Both the position numbers and the translations under genes were made by a program. A stretch of 64,000 nt of DNA from the human T2T-CHM13v2.0 reference genome, Homo sapiens. The notes beneath the pieces are model-generated. The model had not been told where the DNA came from, ran no database searches, and worked only from the letters and a program-made list of their open reading frames with translations. Position 1 is the first letter of the stretch. The number at the start of each line of letters is the position of its first letter. The stretch lies in the NCBI RefSeq assembly GCF_009914755.1, contig NC_060930.1; one strand, given 5' to 3'. Below, piece after piece: positions 27,528 to 38,850 of this stretch.

Positions 27528-27874
27528 TTTTATTTTATTTTATTTTATTTTATTTTATTTTATTTTATTTTATTTTATTTTATTTTTTGAGACAGGGTCT
27601 TGCTCAGTCACCCAAGCTGGAGTGCAGTGTGATACAATCATAGCTCAATGCAACCTCGAACTCCTGGTCTCAAGCCATTCTCACACCTCATTCTCCTGAG
27701 TATCTGGGACTGCAAGCGTATGCCATCACACCTGAATAACTTAAATTTTATTTGGAGAGAAGGGGGGTCTTCCTATGTTTTCCAGACTGGTCTCAAATTC
27801 CTGACCTCCAGCAGTCCTCCTGCCTTGGCCTCCCAAAATGCCGGGATTATAGGAGTGAGCTACCATGCCGAGCT
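27528..27874 (-). mobile_element. AluJ with (TTTTA)n-expanded tail
   Basis: J-type diagnostics (gagacagggtct, caatcatagctca, gaactcctggtctcaag); 13-bp TSD acatttaaacatt at 27515-27527 and 27875-27887. Confidence 0.92.
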
Positions 27875-28122
27875 ACATTTAAACATTAATATTTAAAAGC
27901 AGTATTTCATTCTTAAACTTTATGTAATTACGTGTAAAATGCTGGATGCATTATTTTAAAAATGCATGGATGCTTAACTTGGGAGAATCTGAGCTACCAT
28001 GCCGAACTACATTTAAACATCAATATTTAAAAGCAGTATTTCATTCTTAAACTTTACGTAATTACATGTAAAATGCTGGATGCATTATTTTAAAAATACA
28101 TGGATGCTTGACTTGGGAGAAT
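27856..28122 (+). repeat. Tandem duplication, 134-bp period, 2 copies
   Basis: 27856-27988 vs 27990-28122 align without gaps, 6 substitutions. Confidence 0.97.
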
Positions 28123-28203
28123 AGAAGGAAAAAAGGAAGGAAAAAAGGAAAACCGGTATCTATTTCTTATTTCATGAGTGATAACATCTGTTCTGAAAGA
28201 TCT

Positions 28204-28600
28204 GCATTATGGACTGAATTGTATCCGTGAAAATTCATATGTTGAAGCCCTAACTTCCAATGTGACTGTATTTGGAAACAGAACCTTAAAAATGTAATTA
28301 AGATTAAATAAGGTCATAAGGGTGGGACCCTAACCCAATAGGACTGGAGTCCTTATGAGAGAAGGAAGAAACACCAGCGCACACTCTCTCTACGTGTGCA
28401 CACATAGAGGAATGGCTGTGTAAGGAGTAGCAAGTAGTCCCCTCTGCAAGCTGAGGAGGGAGGTCTCACCAGCAACCAACCCTGCTGGCACCTTGACCTT
28501 GGACTTCCAACCTCCACAACTTTGGAAAAATAAATTTCTGCATTTAAGCCACCCCATCTGTGGTATTTTGTTATGGCAGCCTGAGCTGATGAATAAAACA
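28204..28600 (+). mobile_element. MLT1B solo LTR (MaLR)
   Basis: ttatggactgaattgtatcc...aaattcatatgttgaagccctaac...ggcaccttgaccttggacttcc...gtggtattttgttatggcagcc; ~395 bp. Confidence 0.88.
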
Positions 28601-28868
28601 GGTGAGTATGTGGGGATATCCCCTCCATTGTTGTGTCTTCATTCCAGTTCTGAGTCAGGAGATTCTCGGAATTTCCTGGGAGTAACAGTTCCATCCAAGT
28701 TACAAGTTGCGTTAGGAGAAAGAAAAGGCTACACCTCAGAAATGATATAGCATTTGTTGCAAGAGCTCAAGCTAGCCTCTCTGTGAATCAGTGCAAAGAG
28801 AATAAAAGTAAATTCAATTAAAGACTTCTGTGATCCTATTGCCAAGTTTCTGTACAAAATCAATTATT

Positions 28869-29085
28869 ATTATTTATTAACTTTTAAGTTCAGGAGTACA
28901 CGGGCAGATTTGTTATAAAGGTAAGCTCATGTCATGGGGGTTTATGGTACAGACTATTTCATGCCTCAGACGTTAAGCCTAGTACCCATTAGTTATTTCT
29001 CCCGATCTTCTCCATCATCATCCTCCACCATCTGGTAGGCCCCAGTGTCTGTTGTTCACCTGTATGTGTCCATGTGTTCTCATCA
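28869..29085 (-). mobile_element. 5'-truncated L1PA (L1PA13-like) 3' end
   Basis: acttttaagttcaggagtacac...taagcctagtacccattagttattt...gtccatgtgttctcatcat; TSD aaaatcaat(t/c)att at 28856 and 29086. Confidence 0.88.
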
Positions 29086-29304
29086 TAAAATCAATCATTT
29101 TTTATGCGTATAAATTGGGGTCAGATTAGGCTATGAAAGCACAGCATAGTATACAAAAATATTTTCAGCCTATAGAAAAATATTGTTAGTTAAAACACCT
29201 CACTGATACTTAACTTAAAAATAAGTAAATCATCATTATACTGAATCACCACCTCTTCTTTATCTTTTCAAAAATGGTCACACTAAAGTGACTTCCTTAG
29301 CAGA

Positions 29305-29400
29305 TGTCTGGGTCTTTATTTTTGTATCATCAGCATCTAGCACAGCACTAGTTACATTATAGGAATTAAATAAAATATATTCGTTGAATACATGAATGCA
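29305..29400 (+). mobile_element. L2 3' end
   Basis: tgtatcatcagcatctagcacagcact...taaaatatattcgttgaatacatgaatg. Confidence 0.65.
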
Positions 29401-30424
29401 ATTAAATGGTGTATGTCTAGATTTTTCAATATATAGGGTATTTTCAATTATTGTTAACAGATCTAGATCAAACAAATTAATTTTGAAAAAGTCTTTACTT
29501 GTAAGAAATGATTATATATCTAATTATTTTCAAGGTTCTTCAACTCAACCGCCAGCTCTTATTTTCCTAACACAATCTTTGTTTTCAATTTAGATGTTTA
29601 CAAATATATTAATCCAGCACTGGCTTGTTACACAATAGGAATGATCTACTTTCTGCTATAATTTATTCCTAGAAGAGGTGTGTCTTTATTATGCCTTATT
29701 AAATTAATGTATTACCCAAAAAATCTTTGTTTCTTAAAGTAATTAATAAGAGGATAAAAAAGAGGTTAAAATACAATTTGAAAAATTAAATTTCTTTTTT
29801 ACATTAAACCTTAGTGTTTTTATTACATGATACATTTTACTGAAATTCCAGTCAATCACAATATTTAATGTGGGCATGCTGCTCTTATGGTTAGGTTGGA
29901 TTGACTATGTTTTATGGAAAGAAAATATAAAGATAATATTACTAATTACATTATGATACTGGTAGTAATTTTAGGGGGAGAAGGCATATTTGCTGCTAGT
30001 GTGTCTTCTGTTAATCATATCTATTGTCCACCCAAGCTCTGGCCCTGAAAAGGCAGAAAGAAGAGCAGTTTTAGGGTCTCTGCCCTCCAATAGCTAGGAC
30101 ACCGACCAGTGTAGGAAGGTATCTTTAGGCCCTTTTGAGTTCTCCTGTACGTGTGACTTTGGAAACTGAAAGAGAATTTTTGAAGGAAAAAAAAAAATTG
30201 CAAATCATCAGAAATCATCAGGAAAAGAAACAGGTTTACCAAATCTGAAACCATATACTGTCCCATGCATTAGCCTTATCCCCATGAAGGCACCTGTGAG
30301 GCAGGATGCCCCAGGGACAGCAGTGTCTGCTCCGTCACCTCTGTGCACATGGAGCCATCTGTTACACCTGGCCACCAGTGCCTTCATGGAGTAGTTAATG
30401 TTTGAGTCTCCCTGAATTTTGGAT

Positions 30425-30630
30425 TCATGTGTCCTCACATGGTGGACAGGCAAAGGGGCAAACAAATTCCCTCAAGCCTCTTTTAAAAGGACGCTAATCT
30501 CATTCTTGAGGGGTCTGGCCTCATGGCCTTGTCACCTCCCAAAGGCCCCACCTTTTAATACTTGCACATTGGTAATTAAATTTCAACATATGAATTTTGG
30601 AAGGACACAAACACTCAGACCGTAATAGCA
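30425..30630 (-). mobile_element. MLT1A-type LTR fragment (5' half)
   Basis: gtgtcctcacatggtgga...cacctcccaaaggccccacc...ttcaacatatgaattttggaaggacacaaacactcagacc. Confidence 0.8.
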
Positions 30631-30639
30631 AGCACTTAC

Positions 30640-30800
30640 CACTGGCTATTACATATTTCCTCATCTATGTATTTGTCTTGATGTAAGATTCTTGAAAGGC
30701 GGGGCCTAGGCTGAATCGCTACGTCAACCTCAGAGCTTACAACAGTAATCAGTGCACCAATAAACATTTGTTTAACAGATGAGTGAAAGAATGAATGCTT
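30640..30800 (+). mobile_element. L2 3' end
   Basis: gatgtaagattcttgaaaggcgggg...gtgcaccaataaacatttgtttaacagatgagtgaaagaatgaatg. Confidence 0.6.
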
Positions 30801-31766
30801 ATTCTTTATAGACCAGGAAGAAAAGAAAATGTTACTGTTACAAATGAGAAAACAAATTCCAAATGGCTAATAGTTTCCTTGGCAATTATAGGCCATTGGT
30901 AGCTTACATTATTGAGGACTTTTCTTTGAAACCAATCCCAGGGAAGCTTTCATCCCTAAGTGGGTGATTTATTCAAGTTATCAGTGTGAGTATTTGGCGG
31001 CTAAGGACCGGGAGAAGATGACAGAGGAAAGAGAGTTTGTGAGAGGGGTTTATATATGTGGTAGGTCTGTGGGTCTAGAAAATGAGTCAGGTTTTGCCAG
31101 GTGTCTACTTGGTAGAAGAATTAGAGGATAGCATTCTCCCTTTGGAACCATTTAATCCGTTGAAGTTGCAAGGTGCTGAGTCTGCTGTGGTCTAAAGAGT
31201 GAATCTGCTTCTATAAATGCCTCTTTAATATCATGGAGCCATGTGGAGCTCTTTGCCCTGTAGCACACAGTGGATCAGAAAGCACTGGGCCAGTGGTCCA
31301 TGGCTTCCTGCATTGTGGCGGCCTACTCTGCCAGGAGTCCTTCAGGCAACTAGGCAAGAAAGAAGTGAGAAACATAGATTTAACACTGGCAACCACTGTA
31401 CTCGCTTTACAATGCTTATTTTTGGAAAGTGGTTGTTGTAAAAACAATTCTTTATGTGTCCTTGAACATGATACTTCTTCAGTTTCCATTGTGATTGCCA
31501 AAGGGGTATATTCATACCCTTTTGAAATGAAGAAATGGATTCTCTATTGGGTTTGGCTTTTGTGTTTCTTAAACCTGTTAGCATCATGCATAGAGCAGAA
31601 ATATATTAATTGAACTCTATGAAAATACTTCCTAACTCATAGTCTAACTCAGGTTTCAAATGACTACAGTGGCTAGGGAAGTTAGAATTTTTTTTCCCTA
31701 GAAGACATGTCTCATGATCTTTTCCTCTCTCTCTCTCATATATATATATGAGGGCTGTATATGGGG

Positions 31767-31867
31767 GTGGGGGGTACAATTGCATTTGTTACTTTTTTTC
31801 GGGGATTATCAGCCTAGGCAACAGTGCAAGTTCTTCCGGAGTCAGAGCAGAAGGAAATATGTCTTCC

Positions 31868-31869
<2 letters not shown>
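31767..31869 (+). repeat. 103-bp dispersed duplicate, copy 1
   Basis: Aligns to 32794-32896 with 7 substitutions. Confidence 0.95.

Positions 31870-31872
<3 letters not shown>

Positions 31873-31918
<46 letters not shown>
31873..31918. repeat. (TG)23 microsatellite
   Basis: Seen directly. Confidence 0.97.
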
Positions 31919-31921
<3 letters not shown>

Positions 31922-32793
31922 CACCATTCACACTTGAAAGTTGTGGGAATTTAGGAAATGAGAACTTTTGCCTATCTAAAGAGGTAAACACTGGAAGTTC
32001 CAGCTGATTTGTCATGTGGGTTTGCTGTGATGCAAGTTTGTATAATTGTTAAAATAAAGCTGAAAATATTATGTAAAAATTCTATATTGAATATTGGCAT
32101 CTAGTTCTACTTTCTAAAAAAAATTGCCAGCCAACACTGTGCAGCATACTGTTCAAATTAAAGACACGTGTAAGCTGTGATTGGCTAATGGCCATCAGGT
32201 TGCGGTCTCTGGTTAAATGCTAACGGGCATCCATCTCCACATTTCCACCATTGCATTTGTGCCCAGTAAGCCCTTGCTGTTGTCATCACTTGCTTTGTGG
32301 AGGGACCTCTTCTCCTCTAGATTTTCTCTATGTTCTCTCCAGGATGTACTCAGTGTCTACACCACCAAGCAGGCTTTGAAGCTCTGAGTTTCTATCCAGA
32401 GAGCTTCTTTTTCCATGTGCTGTCAGCTGGATCTCTCAAGGACACATAGTGGCTCTGCCTCAGGTGTAGACCTCCTTGAGCCATTCTTGAAGGAAAGTCT
32501 TCACATGGTTTCAACTCTGCAGCCCTCCTAAGATGGCCTTTTCAATAGCTCTTCACCTCCCCACTCCCATCTCTTCATGTGCCATAGCCTTGCCCCTCTG
32601 CTTGAGCCACAGGCACTAACGTGTATTTATTAGGTGGAAGCAGGCCCCCAGCCTTGCAAGGCAAATGTTTGTATGTGGTAGAGGGTCTATATTAGGTGTA
32701 GACCCTCTTTCTGTATGAACATGTCTTAGACTCTCTTCCTATATGAATGAGAACGTAATGATGGACCTCTGATACACGGTGTAGAGTAAGGGA

Positions 32794-32896
32794 GTGGGGG
32801 CTACAATTGCACTTGTTACTTTTTTTCGGGGATTAGCATCCTAGGCAACAATGCAAGTTCTTCTGGAGTCAGAGCAGACGGAAATATGTCTTCCAT
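32794..32896 (+). repeat. 103-bp dispersed duplicate, copy 2
   Basis: Aligns to 31767-31869 with 7 substitutions. Confidence 0.95.
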
Positions 32897-34564
32897 TCTG
32901 ATTCATGTTTCAAAAATGAAAAAAAATATATGAATAGACTCCCTTCTTTTCCAAAAGAATACTGCCCTGGTATTAAAGGCAACTACTGTGACAGATGCAA
33001 AGCAGGAGATGCCTATGTGTGTCTTTCCCCTTGTTCAATTCTATAGTCTGCAATTGTAACTGTTGCTCTCAGTGACTAGAATTGCAGGTTGGCAACCATA
33101 AATCTGGAAGTGACATTCTAGTAAAGAAGACAAAGCAGAAAAAAAAAAGTGCCATAAATGCATTGAGTTCTCTCCTGTGTCTCATTTTCTACAACAACAA
33201 AAAATAAGCCCTAAAACTGTACCTAAAGCCTTTCTTGCTGTATACTACGATTATTCCTGATTCATTAAATACTTTTGCAGCTGTAATCAAACTTGTTTAA
33301 AGCTCACGTGTTCATGGGCTAGAAAAACACTTTAGAAAAAATGTGAACAATCAAAGCACAATTGCCAGCATATTATTATTGGTATTTTTCAGCATAATGC
33401 AGTTTCCGTTCTAGTCCACTCCACTTTTTGAACATTTTATGTCTGTAGGCATATGCAAATACAAATCCCTAATAGAGTTCTTATTGTGTCAGTGCTTGAG
33501 TTATATTTACTTGCCAGAATATTCATAATACTAGGTGCCTGTGAAAACCATTGAATTTTTGTGGCTAAGGTTGTATTGGAGAGATAATGGCTTGAACCGA
33601 AAATGACCACTGCTACTTTGCATTTGTGAAATGACATAATCTATTTTCTCTTTTTGATAATAGTGTAGGGCACATTTTTAACACCTGGGAATGAAGCTTT
33701 TCCCCCTTTCTGTAACTTCTTACGTTGTTAATGTTAATTTGAGCACCATTACTCACAAACTTTTGGTGACTACAGATTTGAATATTAAGACTATATAATC
33801 AGAGATTAAATTATAACATAGTGGAAATATCAGAGATAAATTTATAGCATAGTGGGAACATGACAGTAGGTCTTTATTGAAATTACTGCTTTAGAGAGAG
33901 GAAACGGTAATTAAAAAGAGAAAGCTATTTTATTGCTTCATCAAATAGTTTAGATGTTCATCTTGTTATTTTGTCACTTTCTATACTGGATGTTAATTTT
34001 TTTAAGATGAAATTATTTTATATGCAATCGAACCATCTTAAAATTAATCTTAAGAAAACTGGAAAATAAACATTTATTTCTCCAAATGAAAACCTATAAC
34101 AGTATTATACCAAACAAAAACTTTGCATGTATTTTCAAATCCTATTTACTCTGGAAGAATCCTAGGTTTTTCATTTGGGCATTTTGAAACATACGTTGGT
34201 CTAATGGCATATTTCATATGGAGTCCCACCAGTCATCAGCAATCTAGAATCAGTGTCTGAAGAAGATTCTCAAATGGAGGCATTAGTGAAGTTTGGAAGG
34301 GCACATTGGACTATCATCATTTCAAAGATGGACACGATTCTATTTCCTTATCTGCTTGCAGAGCTATTTAAGAATCAATGTCTTATTTTTCCTGAGTCCT
34401 TTATAACCCTATTCATATTTTCAATTGCTGATGCCTCTTTGAGCTACGAGTTCTACTTTGTGCATAACGTTGAGGAATTTCTACGTTTACTGTTTCTCCT
34501 TACTTCACTCATCTCCTTCATTAATGGCTGGCAAGTCACCGAATTTCACTTTTCTTTACACAGG

Positions 34565-34913
34565 TGTAAGGAAAATTGCACTTTAGTCATGAGTAGGCTG
34601 AGGCAGCCTTCCAGTGCAGCATGACTCAGCGGATTTGCAGCACAGGTGCACAACCCCACACATTATGTAACCACGCCACGTGAGGCACATTAGGTGATCA
34701 TCCACGTGAGCTTGTGCTTGGCTCAGAGCCATTATTGCCTGTTAAAAGTTATGATTACCCTGCTAACGCTGTACGTACAGCTTGCGCCTAGGCTTACTCC
34801 TGCCCAGAGCGAGAGTAAAGCCATGTCAAAACTGTCTGCAGTTCCTCAAGTGTTTTTCCAGCCACCTGCCACTCACCCACCAACTCCCCTTGGACCTCAG
34901 TAAGAACCTGACA
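34565..34913 (+). mobile_element. LTR18A solo LTR (ERVL/HERV18)
   Basis: TG...CA termini (tgtaaggaaaa...gaacctgaca), 349 bp, close match to the recalled LTR18A consensus; near-TSD acagg/atagg. Confidence 0.88.
34622..34708 (+). promoter_or_regulatory. AP-1 (TGACTCA), PAR-bZIP/CEBP-like (TTATGTAA) and two CACGTG E-box motifs inside LTR18A
   Basis: Motifs at 34622-34628, 34663-34670, 34677-34682 and 34703-34708; function inferred. Confidence 0.55.
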
Positions 34914-35399
34914 ATAGGTCAGCTCACTGTTATTTTATTATTGGTGGTTAAAGCTTGTGGTGGTGGGTGGTCCTGACTTCATTCAGGAAGACATTGTACA
35001 AGAGTTGTAGAAGAGGAGAAAAACTAATAATTTGGCTAATGTTGTGGAAACCTCGAAACTCATACAGTCACCTTATGTAACACTAACCTCATCAGGGCCT
35101 AGGATTTGCATAGCAGACTGAGCAGATTGCTAGACCCATTCTTTAGGCTGCCTTTTTATGATTCAGCATTGTTTTCTAGGCAATTTTTAATGTTTTTGGA
35201 GTGATGAAATAAAAGAGGGAAAGGTGAACTAGAGAACAAAAGATAAAACTCTTCCCTTCATTGCCTCACGAGAAAAATTAAAGTGTCTTTTTTAAATGAG
35301 TGATGATTCCACCTCTGGACACAGCTCAAACGCCATTGGAATGCTTCCCCTATTACAGGGAAGTGTTGAGAGAAAAAGCAATTGTCCAGAGAGTTGATG

Positions 35400-35595
35400 T
35401 AGTGTAGTAGTGTGGATCCTGTTTTTGAATTCTGGCTATAACTGTGTGACCTTAGGCAAGTTGCCTAACATCTCTCAATTATAAAATGAACATAAAAATT
35501 GCACCAATATTATGGTATTGTTATGAAGATTAAATACATTAATACTTACACAATAGTTAGAAGAGAAATTGCAACATAGTAAACATTAGGTATAT
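35400..35595 (+). mobile_element. MIR SINE
   Basis: ctgtgtgaccttaggcaagttgcctaacatctctc...tataaaatga...ttgttatgaagattaaat. Confidence 0.75.
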
Positions 35596-36519
35596 CAAAC
35601 ATACATGTGAACAGAAAGCGTAAAAGAAAGCAGATATTCAAGGAGACTTCCAGCATGCCAATTTTCGAGTTCAAATACTATCTTTCCAAAACAATCCGTC
35701 TGAAGTCCGAGAACACACTCAATATTGTTGATTAAATGTTTAAATAATATTTATTATAGCTAGCATGTTCATTTTTAGACAGGTTAAATTTATGAGGCAG
35801 CAAAGTTATAATATTATGTGTGGTCGCTACAATTTATGGTGCATTTTGGTCCCTGTATAATCAACATGCACTGTTCATGTATGCCCATTTTATAGGACTA
35901 GGAGTATAATGATGATATTTTAAATTATTATAGAGGCCAAACATTGTTCTATCTTTGCCTTTATAGCATATTGTTGATCATATCTCAAATTCATTTGAAA
36001 AATGAATCCTTGTTCAGGAACACAACATCCAATTACAAAATTACTCCTAGGGGAAAATACAAGCTGTTTTATGGTGTGATTTCCAGGAATGCATTGTGGT
36101 GTGAAGTAGAAATTACCTACATCAATTTTGTTTTCTTTATTTATTTCAAGACTATCTCTCCCTACAAGTTTTACCTGCTTTGTTCCAGTAGTTTATAATT
36201 TGGTAAATAAGTCAGCATTTCATTTTTCTTATACAGCTCCCTGTTCATCCCCTGATTTCTGTGTTGCCTTTGCCTGAACCTCCTCTAGTTTCATTAAATT
36301 TAATTAGTATCAATTGCCAGTGTCAGCACGTTGAATTGCTTTATAAGGCTGTATAAATGGCCTCTGATGGCTTCAGTGTAAATCCTAGTCATCTGGATCA
36401 GGTATATAAAAACTTCCCTTAAAAGTGGTCTCTGCTATGCAAACTAAGTTCCTTCTCATCTCTATATCATCTCATTTCTATATCATATTATTTCCTCATT
36501 TTCCTACAGAAAGGACTTG

Positions 36520-36620
36520 GGGATATAGAAAGGGCGTATGTAAGAGTTCTAAAAATTATTAAAGGTTTGAGAAATAATTTTTAAGAGAAAATGTCAAACG
36601 GTTTTGGAGTGTTGCCCAGC
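36520..36620 (+). mobile_element. Possible L3/CR1 fragment
   Basis: Weak resemblance to CR1 RT 3' region (aaaattattaaaggtttgagaaataa...gagaaaatgtcaaacggttttggagtgtt). Confidence 0.35.
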
Positions 36621-37379
36621 CACTTTCCTGTACTCACATTCACCCAGCATCTATCTAGTCTTCCTAACCCCATCTGGAAGCTCAGCTCCACTCCTGTTCC
36701 TGGAGGAAGGCCAGCCTATGTTCAAAACTAAATTAGCCTTGCATCCATTTCTTACCTCATGATTCGAGCTAAGCATGTTTCCTGGTTCCATCATCTGGGC
36801 TCTCATTTTATTCCTTTTGCTCATGTTCTCACCTTGTACCTATCACCAGTTCCCTTTTTGCCCTCTTTAAGTCCTATTTTGCCCTATTTAAGCCCTTGCT
36901 TAAATTGATTGCCCAGGTAAACATTTTTCCTGGATTTTATTATTTATTTTATGAGATCCCTGTTTTCTGCCATCGATCTTCCTTTTACCCAGAATGTCTG
37001 TGTCTTTAGCTTCCATTTCATTCAGTGTTCAGAATGTCTTCATAGCATGAGTGCCCTTTTTTTGAGACATCCATCCACCCCCTGGCACTGAAACTTTCTG
37101 ATGGGAGATCCTACCCATGCCCATCCTTGTTAGCTCTGTAGTTACGGAACCTAGAAGAGTCCACAGATAACCAGAGGTGCCAGAAATCAACGCTGGACTC
37201 TGGTAACTCAAATTTACTTATTAAAAAATAGAGACAATTTGTTTGCCAGTAATATATGCCTTTTAATTTTTGGTGAAATGCAAGATTAGAAATGTTCTTA
37301 GAGCATTTAGAGATCAAGTTTGATTAAGGGATTAGAATGGGAAATTTAGGCTTAGGAGTCATCACACTTATCCTATCAT

Positions 37380-37800
37380 GTTAATCCCCCTCTCTCCATG
37401 GTCAAAAACTGCTGTTGCCTCCCATTGTTGTCAACATTACACTCACAGTCCTTATTAGAGTGGTTAAGACCCTGTGATCTGTATTCATTCCTTTAAACCC
37501 ACATATGCTTGATTCTCCTACTCATATCCTGCGATCTAACCAAACTAGACTACTGCTTTATTTCCAAAACCCCACACAATAGCCATCTTGGACCTTTTGT
37601 TTATTCTGTTGCCTGTAGGTGGAATTATCCCCTTATCCCTATCAGAATACTATCTAGCTTTCAAGGCAGATTTCAAATGCCACTTTATCCACGATTAATT
37701 TCCTCTTTTCTCCAATCAGATGGGATCCCTTCCTCCTTTGAATTCACAACTTAATTTGTTTTGGCATCTCTTATTGAATCTATTCTTAAATTCTGTCTTG
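37380..37800 (+). mobile_element. L2 fragment
   Basis: tgttgcctcccattg...aagaccctgtgatctg...ttattctgttgcctgtaggtggaat...tttcaaggcagatttcaaatgccact. Confidence 0.55.
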
Positions 37801-38740
37801 TATTACTGGTATACAATAAAACCCAGTCTAATTAATTAGAGGGACTCAAAACATTTTTAAATGCTTAAAATGTTAGCACACATTATTGGGAGGCTGATAA
37901 AATAAGCGTAGGCAAGTCTGTGTAGCTAGCTGGCCTGTCGTTCCCAAGGAAAGGCTGGCTGCTAAGATCAACCCTTCTAAATCTTGGCTATAGTTTGGTG
38001 ACACCCACTGGACAGGGTCCATAAAAACTTACATTTCAGTGGGCATGATTCCGCCTGCTGTTTTTGGCTGGAACTGCCAGGACGATGGTAGCAATTTCAG
38101 GAATCTTCTCTTTGGTGATTCCTCTTTTGTCAGCTGGATCCAGGGAATACTGGCTGAGAGAAGTTTAGGAATGCAGGGATACTCTTCTGCTTTTCCATTT
38201 TCTAAAACTCAGTTGCTTGCCATCTTCTGTCAACCTTGCCTTCCCTCCTGCATTTACTCAATCATCCTCAGAAGATACGAGCTTTAATTCTAATCATGTC
38301 CTTCCCCCAGTATTTTGAGGAAGGAGTCTAGGCAGCACATAAGAGCCAATTGCCAATTATTTCATGCCCTAATTTGCTTTACTGCCAAGGCACCTTTTTA
38401 TAGGATTTTTGCTATATATATGTATTAAAGGCTTTAGCAGGGCAGGGGACTATCTTTGTAATCCATCACAATGTGTAGATACACTTTGTGCTCAGTAGTT
38501 TTAGAAATTAGATTGAAGCTGAGACTAAACTTTCCAAGGAAAAGAGCTTACAAATGGATTTTGTTAAGAAGTGGTAGGAAAAAACAGTGATGTCAAAGAA
38601 GCAAGATGCCACAGTTCATTTGCTGGTGTAGCAAAAACACCAGACAAAGTTGAGCAAGTCATATAACTCTGAGCTCAAGATTATCATCTTTAAAATGCTG
38701 ATATTATGTCTACTGTATACTACTACTGCTGCAGGCTATT

Positions 38741-38850
38741 TTTCACTCAACAAATACTGTTCACGTGTCAGATGCCAAGTGCTGGGTGTTAGGAATACAT
38801 CACTGAAAATCACAGACATGGTTCCAGCTCTCATGACATTTCCAATCTAA
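38741..38850 (-). mobile_element. L2 3' end
   Basis: ttcactcaacaaatac...tgccaagtgctgggtgttaggaatacatca...gacatggttccagctctcatga. Confidence 0.7.

Noticed and set aside
27856-28122. Direct repeats (also at 1969, 43453 and 56317) considered as a CRISPR-like array
   Set aside because: Only two copies each, no repeat-spacer periodicity, no cas genes, and the context is primate genomic DNA.
31703-32727. p53-like half-sites agacatgtct / gaacatgtct
   Set aside because: Isolated half-sites with no adjacent partner.
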